A stretch of 64,000 nucleotides of DNA from Eledone cirrhosa (lineage: Eukaryota): positions 35,402,001 to 35,466,000 of the forward strand of contig OZ024745.1 of assembly GCA_964016885.1 (NCBI GenBank), given 5' to 3'. The position numbers and the translations under genes were made by a program. Positions 38,588 to 51,740 of this stretch are shown here, piece by piece. A model generated the notes under the pieces. That model was not told the origin of the DNA and did no database searches. It saw only the letters and a list, made by a program, of their open reading frames with translations. Numbering within the stretch: the stretch's first letter is position 1; the number at the start of each line of letters is the position of its first letter.

Positions 38588-39134
38588 ATAAAATATTAAA
38601 CAAATAATGAATAAAACAATGAAACAGTTCCTTATATTAAACAAAAAAAGTTCATTATTTAACGATCGTTTCTAGGATATATATGTGTTAGAATTGGCAT
38701 GCATATTCAACAGATCTATGTACAAAATTATACAAAATTATACAAACTATCAAGATTAAATATACATACCAACACATATATACGCCGTCTTCAAGACGGC
38801 GTATATATGTGTTGGTATGTATATTTAATCTTGATAGTTTGTATAATTTTGTATAATTTTGTACATAGATCTGTTGAATATGCATGCCAATTCTAACACA
38901 TATATATCCTAGAAACGATCGTTAAATAATGAACTTTTTTTGTTTAATATAAGGAACTGTTTCATTGTTTTATTCATTATTTGTTTAATATTTTATCTTG
39001 ACTCTGTATACCGTTTATCTTTCACCGAAAGTGATTTTTCATTTTTCATTACATCTCTTCTTTCCATGATATCCGGAATACATTGAGTTCTTCATACGGA
39101 TTGGACACTACCGTAAACTCTTGGTAGATTTATC

Positions 39135-39137
<3 letters not shown>
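38588..39137. repeat. Family I fold-back element (204 bp arms centred on 38792, plus tail)
   Basis: Apparently perfect palindrome; GAAAC-GATC-GTT hammerhead 3' half at about 38912; tail end recurs inverted at 47649-47698. Confidence 0.92.
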
Positions 39138-39204
<67 letters not shown>

Positions 39205-39208
<4 letters not shown>

Positions 39209-39548
39209 GTATAAAGAAAACGAAAAATCAGTGATGCATCTGGACTTAATTTATTGCGTGTTACAATTGTTTCGCCGGCAGGTAGCTCGAGACATGGTCC
39301 CTGTAAGGATCTGGCTGATTCTACGGCTGCAGGTTCTTTCAGACACGTAGAATCAGCCAGATCCATACAGTGACCATGTCTCGAGCTACCTGACGGCGAA
39401 ACAATTGTAACACGCAATAAATTAAGTCCAGATGCATCAATGATTTTTCGTTTTCTTTATACTATCTACACTCTATTCTGCTGAATATCAAGTGCTAATT
39501 TTGGCATACCGCCTATGGAAGCACCATAGCTACCATTATACACAACTA
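39205..39548. repeat. Family E fold-back element, copy 2
   Basis: Arms about 39206-39324 and 39347-39465; same tail as 26569-26652. Confidence 0.88.
39257..39347 (-). ncRNA. Hammerhead-like motif (family E)
   Basis: CGTGT-CTGAAAGA-long stem II-GAAAC-AATT-GTA-ACACG; stem I pairs perfectly. Confidence 0.6.
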
Positions 39549-40060
39549 TATATATATATATATTTTACATCTCATAGAAAAAAACCGAAATGGTTTACAG
39601 GGATGCCTACACCCGACCAGGGTCACCACCGACTATGATTCGTCCAACTAGGCCGCCGGGACAGCTACAAAAGAACACACACACACACGCACACACATAC
39701 ACACACATACACACATACACAGATATATATATATGCTTGTGTGTGTGTGTCTATATATGTATGTTTGCATGCATAAATGAATACACTAAGATTTAGATTT
39801 AGTAGAATGTACAACCACCGATTCTAGCTATTTGCACTATTATATATTTTGGTTTCTATTAATTCTCTGGGGATTTAGTTGACCAAATGCTTTGCTTAAT
39901 TGTTTTAATAATTAAAAAATAAATTTATTCTTTCTCTTAGACTTCAGCTATTTTTGGAAAGTTAAGCATTGGCCCCTAAGATACTACAGTGGGCCCTGCA
40001 ATGCTACTGTTGGCCTCTGCAATGCCACTGGACAATCTGGCAACCTGTCCAGTCCGCCAC

Positions 40061-40125
<65 letters not shown>

Positions 40126-40352
40126 TGCATATATACATATATATTCCGCATGGATTATCCATTTATTTTGAGACTTGAAACCGCGCGGTAAGGGTAATTA
40201 TAGCAGGTACAGTGAACTTTTAAAAATGTATTTTAAAACATAGAATATTCGAAAATATTCTGTATGTTTATAATAAACATTTTGAAGACCTAATCGCTAT
40301 AGAATAGAATACGTCACGTATTACAATTAGATTCTCGATAAAAGCAAGGGAA

Positions 40353-40395
40353 GTAATCTACGCGTTTCATTCTCGTTAGAAATCATCAGGACTAC
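40353..40395 (-). ncRNA. Minimal type I hammerhead ribozyme (unit 1)
   Basis: GTAGTC-CTGATGA-tttctaacgagaat-GAAAC-GC-GTA-GATTAC. Confidence 0.85.
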
Positions 40396-40662
40396 ATATC
40401 CAGTGCTTTTATCGAGAATGACACAGCTAGAGACTTATAGAATACTTAGCTGTGTACAGGAACTGGTTTGAAAGAGCGGTTGCCGGTCCGGCAGAAATTA
40501 GAAATTGGAATAAATGCTCTGAAATAGCGATATATATGTGAATATAGACATAGAATATTCGAAAATATTCTGTATGTTTATAATAAACATTTTGAAGACC
40601 TAATCGCTATAGAATAGAATACGTCACGTATTACAATTAGATTCTCGATAAAAGCAAGGGAA

Positions 40663-40705
40663 GTAATCTACGCGTTTCATTCTCGTTAGAAATCATCAGG
40701 ACTAC
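40663..40705 (-). ncRNA. Minimal type I hammerhead ribozyme (unit 2)
   Basis: Identical to 40353-40395. Confidence 0.85.
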
Positions 40706-40890
40706 ATATCCAGTGCTTTTATCGAGAATGACACAGCTAGAGACTTATAGAATACTTAGCTGTGTACAGGAACTGGTTTGAAAGAGCGGTTGCCGGTCCG
40801 GCAGAAATTAGAAATTGGAATAAATGCTCTGAAATAGCGATATATTCCAATTTCTATTTTAAAACATTTTCTTATTTACTAAACCTGGAT

Positions 40891-41341
<451 letters not shown>

Positions 41342-41384
41342 TTGCGAGGTATTTTATATGAAATCGTGTGTCGAAACAAATATT

Positions 41385-42043
41385 GTTATACTTGGGGAGG
41401 GTCATATTTGTGTAATATTGCCAGAAGTAATAACAGAACACATGTTGTTGTTATTCCATTCATTTTTTCAGAAAAAATGAATGGAATAACAACAACACCC
41501 AAACAAACAACACTGACCTAAGAGAAGTATAAATAAATAAATAAATAAATAAATAGATAAATAAATAAATAAATACATACACAAGCACAATAGCAACACA
41601 CACATATAAACACACACTAGTAAAGATAGAATACATTAACCAATACACAGGTCACCCAAACACGAACACACATCAAACAAAACACTATACACACACGCAA
41701 ACGCATGTGCAAAGAAGACAAAAAAATAAACAAAAAAATAAATATATAAACAGACTAAATAAAAATGGCGTAGACATACAATGCAACGGGAGGAAACAAT
41801 AGCACCACTGACGCTGTTGCAGATGTGCAACGAAAGAACTTTGATAGACTATATATATGTGTTTGTGTCTATATTGTATCTGTATTTTTGACCGTTGGTC
41901 AGTCAATGGCAACATTGAGGACAGAATAAATTAAATTAACCGATATAAAAGACACAGAAGCGAAAAGCGAAAACCAACCAAACAGTGAGTATCTTCTGTT
42001 ATTAATTCTGGCAATATTACACAAATATGACCCTCCCCAAGTA

Positions 42044-42047
<4 letters not shown>
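41385..42047. mobile_element. MITE-like element, longer copy
   Basis: About 53 bp TIRs GTTATACTTGGGGAGGGTCATATTTGTGTAATATTGCCAGAA. Confidence 0.8.
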
Positions 42048-42095
<48 letters not shown>

Positions 42096-42106
42096 CATAT
42101 ATATAC

Positions 42107-42143
<37 letters not shown>

Positions 42144-42146
42144 CAC

Positions 42147-42177
<31 letters not shown>

Positions 42178-42206
42178 TATATATATATACACATATATAT
42201 ATATAT

Positions 42207-42307
<101 letters not shown>

Positions 42308-42330
42308 TATATATATATATATACACACAC

Positions 42331-42379
<49 letters not shown>

Positions 42380-42779
42380 CTAGTCTTTTTCTGTGTGTGC
42401 CTTTGTGCCTGTGTGGGATGTGTGCTTGGCTATGTATATGTCAAATACTATTTGTCTCTCTGTTTGATGTGTGCAATCATATGTCTAGGCATATAGCAGA
42501 CGTTTTCCACTCAGTATGCGTGTGTCTTTTGTGTATGGGTCTCTCTCTATTGAAGATGTTTGTTTTTCATGTATCTGCTTACGTGTGTTTTATTATGGCG
42601 TCTTTGTTTGTTGAAAAAACATTTTTACAAAATTAATAATAGCAGTAACACTACTTACCAGAAATACCTTCATAACGCCACCAAGCTGACCAGGCCGAAG
42701 ATGGGGATCCACCTGAAATATACATAAATATATATATGAATATATGTATAGAAATGTATATATATATATATATATATAT

Positions 42780-43393
42780 AGTAATAATAATAAATTTGAA
42801 GACTAAAATCCAAAGAGGGCTGGATAAGGATAAATATATATATATATTTTTATGTGTATTTGGTGTATATGTTCGTATGTGTTCGGGTACAGGCGTTGCG
42901 TGGGTTCTGTATGTGCGTGCGTTTTTGTGTGTACGTGCTTGATTTTGCATACCTATGGCGGGTGTTCTCGCGTATGCCTGTGTATGTACGCGTATGCATC
43001 TGTATGTATGCATGCATGTATATATTTAATTTTTGTTGATTTCAATTACCTCTGTAATTTATTTACATTATTCTTAACTCTGAAGTCGAGAATCATTCGG
43101 TTTTCTACATAGTATTATAGTCTACGACTTCATTTATATCATGAGCGTGGTTTTGTCTTTGCGTGTAATTGTTCTCACGGACCAAATAATAACGTATTAT
43201 CTTCGTTTTTTCCGTTTTTTTCCCATGGAACGTTTCCACGAACCAAAGTATCGTCTTCCTGTCTTCCTTCGGTTGCAAGGTTTTTCGAAATATTTACTTC
43301 TGCGTTCACAGATTGATTTTTTTAGTTTCAGAAGATCCCGTTAAGAGTGAAAGCAGCGATTCTTTGCTTAAACTTTAACTGTTATTTTAATAA
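42780..43393. mobile_element. Family M element, inverted copy
   Basis: Reverse-complement homologue of 29220-29973. Confidence 0.75.
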
Positions 43394-44040
43394 ATATATA
43401 TATATATATATATATATATTAAGAGTATTCCGCAGTTCCGATCCTTGTACTTAACGAGCTCCAAATTGTTGAGCTAATAAATTCGAATGTTTGGGCTGTT
43501 CTCGCTAGCATTTTCCCCAATCCATGAGAACGGTTATTTGATGCAAATAACACGTGATTTCGCCCTACCCTGGGCAGCGTGTATATTAGCTTTCTCTCTA
43601 TCCATAAGGCTAGATATGTAGTAAACAGAATCCACATTTGCTGACTGATGAACATGTGGCTGTTTAACTGCACATTTCTTTGGCGAAACGAACTTAATTC
43701 GTATCAGCAAACTTATAGTTATAAGGTTAGTAATTTAAAACTCTACTTCAGTAATTTGATTCTGACTTTTTTCTATTTAATTGCTAAACCTGTAGATATT
43801 GTTTTCTATACAGTAATGGTAAAAATCACTTGTAATAATCCTTTACACACATTTCACTGTGTAACACACTTCTATTTGTATAATATATTTATATATATAT
43901 ATATTTATTATTTTAATAAATATTATTATTATTTTAATAAATATTTGCTCTACGGTTCTTATATATTTGATATATATTAATCCTTTCGAGCCCTCTTTGG
44001 ATTTTAGTCTTCAAATTTATTATTATTACTATATATATAT

Positions 44041-44375
44041 AGTTACGTCCCTTTACGATCTGAGTTCAAATCCCGCCGAGGTTGACTTTGCCTTTCATCC
44101 TTACGGGGTCGATAAAATAAAGTACCAGTAATGCATTGGGTAATTGCTGGCCTTGTGCCTAAAGTAGAAACAATTACTATATATATATATATATAATTTT
44201 TTCTACCTTTGGCACAAGGCCACCAATTACCCAGTACATTACTGTTACTTTATTTTATCGACCCCGTAAAGATGAAAGGCAAAGTTAACCTCGGCGGGAT
44301 TTGAACTCAGAATGGCAAGGGCCGTAACTCTATGCGTCAAAGAATGGCGTCCGACCCTCTACCAATACTGCCAAA
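44041..44375. mobile_element. Tail-to-tail inverted SINE pair
   Basis: + copy 44041-44176, short (TA)n, - copy 44195-44375. Confidence 0.88.
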
Positions 44376-46365
44376 ATAATGCGAATGTATATGAAAGTAC
44401 ATACTATATGTTTATATACATATATAATAAACCTATTTGTAGCCTCATAACAACAACAACAAAACATCTCTATGTTTCATCGTGTCTCAGAGTGTCAGTA
44501 GCAAACAGTGTTGTTTCAATTTCGTTAATCTCTCATCAGTGGCATTTACTCGACCGGTACTGATATGGATATAAACAATAGCCGAAATACTGCTGCTGAC
44601 CTAGGTGTAGAACCTGTCACCATATATACCCTTCCCCCTTTCTTTTTTCCTTTGTTTAGTAGTCCTTCTTCCTCTCCTTTTCCTTTCATGTATGACATTT
44701 ATAGTTCTTTCCAATACTGTTTTCTTTTTCTGTATATTTAACCAAATAAAATAAAATTTCTTAGTATAAAAAAAAACAACCTTACATACCATACTTCTTA
44801 AATTTCCTAATATGTGTGCATTGCTATGAAATATTTAGTTAATTATGTCACAAACGGTTTGACATTTTTAGTATTAGGCAACGTGAAAACTAATCCATTT
44901 TGCATCATGAAATTTAGACTGGTTTATGTTTAATCCAAACTGCATTTCGCGGAATGTCTTTTGTGATCAGTCAACTAACCGAAAATATAAAGGAAATATA
45001 TTGTTTTTTTATGTACGAATAACGCAGCACAATATAAATTGTAGTTATATCTAGATTATATGACTCCTAGATGTTCTAATATAAGCTAGGTAGTGCATGA
45101 TCAATTGAGTAGTTTCGTTTCTGGTATTGTTTTCATTGTGTACAACATTGCAAATGTTCTTACTGCTTTTGTATTGTTTTATAATATACAGTCAGTGATT
45201 ATGGTACATTACTTCGACCCAATGAAGGAAACTTTACATTCTCAAGTGACATGATGCAAGTTGCGAACCAATCAACGTCACCCCACATCCCCAAATCTTG
45301 AGAATGAAAAGATATGTATAAAATAATTAAATAATATAGCTAGAATATATAAAATATTCGCTCTTTTCGATCAGGATTCACATGGAGTAAAACAATGTAA
45401 ACACCGACATTCAGATGCGTAGTATGACATATATTAAACACTTATGACGGGATGCTATTTATATATCTTATTTACACGAATCCACTTAATCCTCTTTGTG
45501 CTTACGAGGAACATGATATATGTTGAGGTTTTGTTTATTATATCTGTAAAATGAATATTTTCTTTGCATGGCTTAGGAGGAGGAAGAACTGCGGTTAAGA
45601 CAGCATGCTAGAGAATTTGAAAATGGTGATATATTAGATAGAAATAAACCATAATCCATGGTTTATCCTTAGATCAGAGATACTGTCCAAATACTTGCAT
45701 TGCAACAGAATGGACTTTGCTAAAGAGACTCAAAGACCAGGCGGTAGCATTAAAATGGGTAATAGATTAATGATTATCTAATGACAAGACACTTACGTAA
45801 GATAAGGAACAGCATTGCGTCAAACCATCATTTACTGGAGTAACAGCTATTTTGCATATTCCCTGAAGCAAGAAATACTAAGGGTATTGATTTAAACTAT
45901 TCATGCATTTATGACGCAGGAGATTGTGATATATCTTATTGCAATACATTTATGTATGTAACTTAATATCGATATACAGTTAAAAGGAAGAAGAGGAGGT
46001 TACGATATATTTCAGTATTTCAGAATATTACATTTGAACAGTTGTAAAATATTATATATGTATACCTTCATTGGATTACCGGTTATGTTTATCAAGAACA
46101 AATCCAATCTCGCATGGAATAATCTTTCTAAGTGAAATATCCTTATCAATATAGTGGGTAGTATGAGTGCCAGTAACATAAGTAGCCAAAAATGATTACT
46201 ATAACAGCTATCAAATAGCATTTGTTCCTATTTCAACCTAACGATTATCTTTAAGTATACTGGTATAACATCATTTTATATTTTATATATACGCACCTGT
46301 GCATGGCCAAAGTTCTTTTATGTACACATGGGTAAACTTCATTAAATATGTATATATATATACAT

Positions 46366-46396
<31 letters not shown>

Positions 46397-46901
46397 ATGT
46401 GTGTGTGCATACGCGAAATGACTAATATTTGTACATGACTCAAGATATAAATAATCGTATAAGCGACTGTATCATCAAATTTAACATACAAAGCGTAACA
46501 CTGAACAATTCATAATATTAAGCAAGAAAGAATTTCTTACAGAAATTAGAAATTTCTATCATTGAATCAACCCCCGTCTTTTACACACAATTACCCCGTC
46601 TCCATCTATTCATATTATCACCTTCATCTCGCTACCACTCTAGTTATACGACTCTGTGTATATTTCTCTCTCTCTCTCTCTTTATTAGTATATATATATA
46701 TATAAAGTTATATATATATATATAAATATATAAAGTTATATAATATGGTTGTAACATGTAAGAATTATTTCGTTTGTGATGAAATTGTATTTCCTGGGTC
46801 TTTCTGTTTTTTTTTCTATTGTTTTTGTCCCGTGCGCTCGTTATTTTGAATATATATATACACATATATTTACACTTAGTGTGCGTGACTGTGCGCGCGC
46901 G

Positions 46902-46953
<52 letters not shown>

Positions 46954-47315
46954 AAGACAACAAAAAGCGCTGATGCATACATTTTACTCATGCTGTTTGA
47001 TCATGTCAGCTTTCCATCAAAATATTAATCTTCATATCAATTGTAGCACGATTCGTAGAGGTTTGAAGGATAAATATTTCGATTCGGAAATGCACTCTCT
47101 CTCTGTGTTCTCTGTCTGCCTGTCTCTCTCTATTTCACACGCATGCGCATACGCACTCGCACTCATGAATATACTCAGATATATACATACTTATACACTT
47201 ACACTGAAAACAAATAAATATATAGCTACATGTATATGTCTTTCTTTTAATGACTAATTTTATATAAACATACGTACACATATGAATAAACTTCCCCTAC
47301 ACACATACACACATA

Positions 47316-47392
<77 letters not shown>

Positions 47393-47399
<7 letters not shown>

Positions 47400-47568
47400 G
47401 GAAAACGAAGAATCAGTGATGCATCGGAACAGCATTTATTACATATTACAATTGTTTCTCCGATGCATCACTGATTCTTCGTTTTCCATATTATTATACT
47501 TTGCTCCGAAGGACCATAGAGTGCTCAAGTGGCATACCGCCTATGGACTCATCCAAGCAACATTACTA

Positions 47569-47570
<2 letters not shown>
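47393..47570. repeat. Family E-related short fold-back plus tail
   Basis: Arms 47393-47428 and 47459-47494; GGCATACCGCCTATGG tail motif shared with family E. Confidence 0.75.
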
Positions 47571-47649
<79 letters not shown>

Positions 47650-47714
47650 GTAGATAAATCTACCAAGAGTTTACGGTAGTGTCCAATCCGTATGAAGATA
47701 TATATATATATATA

Positions 47715-47991
47715 TATATTGGTAAACGGAAAAGAAAATGCTGACAAATTGTTCCCAGTGAAAAATAGTTTAATTATGAATAAGTGAAAATTAGTAATAG
47801 TATTGGTTAGTATTCAGTTTTGGTTTTAAGTTTTACCGGTAAAACTTAAAACCAAAACTGAATACTAACCAATACTATTACTAATTTTCACTTATTCCTA
47901 ATTAAACTATTTTTCACTGTGAACAATTTGTCAGCATTTTCTTTTCCGTTTACCAATATATCATAACTCGTGTGTTACACCTCTATTCTTT

Positions 47992-47995
<4 letters not shown>
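47715..47995. repeat. Family J zero-loop palindrome (123 bp arms, centre 47837/47838) plus short tail
   Basis: ...TTTTACC|GGTAAAA...; two mismatches seen; TA-flanked; no hammerhead core found. Confidence 0.9.
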
Positions 47996-48072
<77 letters not shown>

Positions 48073-48154
48073 ATGCATGTATGTATGTAGGTAAGTACCA
48101 ATATCTCACCCGTTTCCTTGTTAAGTTTCATCACAACTACTACTATAATAATAA

Positions 48155-48340
48155 TGGGGGGGGGGGGAGAAAGTCGATTAAATCGAACCAGTGCATTAAT
48201 GGTGCTTTATTTTATCGACCCCATAAGGATAAAAAGCAAGGCTAACTTTGGGATTTGAACTCAGAACGTAAAGGGCCGTAACCCTATGCCGGGAAGCAAT
48301 TTGTTCGACGCTCTATCGATACTGCCAATCAACCGTCTTT
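48155..48340 (-). mobile_element. SINE
   Basis: TTTATCGACCCC..AAGGAT..GGATTTGAACTCAGAACG..GATACTGCCAATC. Confidence 0.8.
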
Positions 48341-50146
48341 AGATAATAATAAATAGCGCTAACTATATAGAAAAACGAAAAAAGTAACGAGAAAATGATT
48401 CTCCAAAATGGGTGGATAGTTCATAGATCTCTACACATAACTTCAGATTGCCAAAACACTTTACTGGAATGTATATTCTGCCAGTAGTTGACAAACACGC
48501 ACAGTGTTAGTGTGATCCATATTCACACAACCTCTTTCGTCATTACCACTAGATAAAGAGAGACAAACCGCTCGACCTTGCCAGTATCGCATAAATGGTG
48601 AGTCTAGCTGTTGACAGTGCCTCTATTTTCAATAATTATTTCAGATCTGCCAACATCTGCCTGTGCTTTATCAAAGAGACATTGCTTAAGGCATTGTGTT
48701 TCCCTATGAAAAATATGCTCATTCACATAACTGCTAACGAATAGAGAAATGTCTTTTCTTTCATGAGGCAAAATGGATTAGATTTCTCGTTGTCTGCTCC
48801 TAAAAATAATTTCCGACCACTATTTTATCACACTCTGGAGACAATTTTCAGTAATACAAAGTTCCTTGTGGTATTTCACAGCAGTATGTGCGTGTGCATG
48901 CGTGTGTGTTTAAATGTTCTTGCTGCCGCTGCCAAACGTGTTCCCAAGGATTTTTTTCGACAAATTCTATGTTCTTTACTAAATTATGAGTATCCTTCAG
49001 CAAAGCAGGCCCAATCCCAATTTTCCGCTTCGCTCACACAAGACTGACTTTTAAAACATTTTTGGTTTTTGTGAGGGTAGAATTTCCGCGTTGATTTGTC
49101 GTCATTGTGCATCCAGTTGAATCAAAAGAAAATTTCTAAATATTAAATAAATTTCTTTCTTTTTTAACTGAGGTGAAAATCAATTAATTCAATTTCATCT
49201 GCCTTGTAAAAAGTGTTCCACAACATGACATGCAAAAATATCATTCAATTTATGAAGAATGTGTTAATATCTAACGAAGTCAAATCGACACCCATTTAAT
49301 ACAAACTATTCCATAAAATTCCATTTTGTCTTCAACATGAATTGAGAATTAATTCAATAAACCTCACTACACTTGTAAACTGGCACATGCACGTAAAAAT
49401 ATCATCCACCTATTTTAAACGACACAGACAGAGAAATAAACATGCATGACATTGCTCAAAACCGCCACCACCACCACAACCACCACCACCACCACTACTA
49501 CTACTACTGCTGCTGCTACTGCTGCTGTTGCTGCAAAAATATTGCTTTCTAATTTATGCACAAGGCTTGCACTTTCACTGGGAAAGGACACTCGATCAAA
49601 TCAACTCCGGTATTTTGTATGGTATATATTTAACAATAACGATGTTAAAATTAATAATAGTGGAAGCAGTAGCAGCACTAGTAGTAGTAGCAGCAGCAGC
49701 AGCAGCAGCAGTAAAATCATCATCATCATCAACATCATCAGTATTAGTAGTAGTAGTAGTAGTAATTTTGGTGTTGTCTCAAATCGCTACAGTAGCAGCC
49801 ACATCCTACTTTTAATTCAATAAGAAAATTCAATCCATGCACTCAGTGTAGACACCAATACCCTATACAATCTCATATCATAGAATGACAATTCACACAA
49901 CATATAATCTACATGATTAGCACCAATAAAATAAAAGACATATTTCTAAATTTCTGATATCCGACACTTGAACAACAATAAATCGTACAATTCATATTCT
50001 ACACTATTACAATCCATTAATGTGACCTAATGGAGACATCTTTTACTCTACACAATCACTGTCCGACATTGAAACTCATGGCAACAACTGCATATACCAT
50101 AGAAAAAAATATTCACCACCCAACAATATTCAACACCCATCGTCTT

Positions 50147-50288
50147 ATTGGCTAATCAACCAACGAGAGTAATTGTTGCTCAAAAGCATCCGCCATTTTG
50201 TTTGCACGTTTATTTATCATTTCGCTTTCGAATCTTCCTCATGTATTTCGTCGTTTATCATCAAAATATTTTTCTCGTTTTGGTAAGT
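50147..50288 (+). promoter_or_regulatory. Candidate promoter and non-coding first exon
   Basis: ATTGG (reverse CCAAT) at 50147, YY1-type CCGCCATTTT at 50190, splice donor G|GTAAGT at 50283, in non-repetitive DNA. Confidence 0.25.
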
Positions 50289-50734
50289 TACATTGTTAAT
50301 TTATAGATGATTTTTTAAATTTATATTAACTATTTTTTTTCAGTTCGTTATAACATGCTTATAATATTGGTTGTATCATATTTACTTGTATATTTGTCCA
50401 TATTATTGTTCGTTTTATGTTAGATTATTTTATTATTATTATGTTAGATTATTCTTTTATTATTATGTTAGACTATTTGTATGTAATATTTCATCTTTAT
50501 TAATTCAACTATAACAATTATTATGCAAAATATATTTATTTAATATTGATTGTTTTTTGTAGTTGTTTATATTAAAAGTCTGAAAATATTTTTATACATC
50601 TTACAATAATATTTATAAGATCATTTATAAAATAACAATTATATAATCTAATTATATTACAACGATGATTTATTATTAATATATATCATGTTTAACTAGA
50701 GTTGTTACAAGCGTTGCCTTAAAAAATATTAAAA

Positions 50735-51178
50735 TAGACCTGAAAAATGCGCAAGCTCAAAAGAGCTACAGAATGTTATATTAAACCTTCAAAAGTGTGG
50801 GACTAGAGTTGTTGCTCAAAAATATTGTAATCATTATCTAACGTACACTCTGTGGCATTCTTTTATAAAAAAAAGAGATTCATAACGAACTCAAGACGAC
50901 GCGATAATTATTTAAGTGAATTTATAATATAGAATTCGGTTTAAGTGCATTTCGAATTAATCATTACTAAACATCTAATATGAGATATTCAACATTAGCT
51001 TAAATAATTATCGTGTTGTCTTGAGTTCGTTATGAATCTCTTTTTTATAAAAGGATGCCACAGAGTGTACGATAGATAATGATTACAATCTTTTTGAGCA
51101 ACAACTCTAGTCCCACACTGTTGAAGGTTTATTATAACATTCTGTGGCTCTTTTGAGCTTGCACATTTTTCAGGTCTA
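50735..51178. mobile_element. MITE-like element with about 180 bp TIRs
   Basis: Arms 50735-50916 and 50999-51178 (TAGACCTGAAAAATG...CATTTTTCAGGTCTA); about 80 bp spacer. Confidence 0.8.
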
Positions 51179-51619
51179 GTTAAAGGTTCTGTGCAAATAT
51201 TTCTAATTATTTGAGAAATATATAAAAAAATTCTTTAATGGTAGAATTCCGTAAACCCTGGAAAATATTTGTATATGCGCCCAAGGTTGGTTATCATTGG
51301 TGTTAATATATTCAAATGAAACTATTACTATCATAATTCTGCAAGCGATACAATTGTATCACTTTAAAAATATATACAAATAAACACAACTCAAATACGG
51401 AATCGAATGCACCTCTGTTTGTTTCAAAAACATGTGTTCCGGTTGTTCAATTAATGGAACAGCATGTTCGTGAAATGGACGTGTAAGTGATTCAGTTTTC
51501 CATGGAAACTTAACTAAGAGTGAGACAGTGTTACACAATTTATGATATGTCTGGGGATTTGATGTATAGATACAGGCTACGCGATTAACTTCAAAACTGT
51601 TTAAGTCTATTGAATTGAA

Positions 51620-51740
51620 CTCAAAATATTTGAGTTGAGACCAGGCTGTAATAAATAAGACTTGGCCAAAATGATACGCAGTGAAATCAAACTCAGGACC
51701 TGTTGATTGCGAAGCAAACTTCTTAATCATTCAGCCATGC
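51620..51740 (-). mobile_element. Degenerate SINE (second family)
   Basis: Minus strand GCATGGCTGAATGATTAAGAAGTTTGCTTCGCAATC..CCTGAGTTTGATTTCACTGCG. Confidence 0.55.

Larger units (their letters stand above)
40238..40845 (-). repeat. Tandem duplication, period 310 bp, one hammerhead per unit
   Basis: 40238-40535 appears identical to 40548-40845. Confidence 0.92.

Noticed and set aside
38688-38896. Near-identical ORFs on opposite strands (also 26276/26330 and 23187/23296)
   Set aside because: By-products of DNA palindromes, not genes.
39960-40061. CAGTGGCGGACTG hAT-like terminus on -
   Set aside because: No matching second TIR or TSD found.
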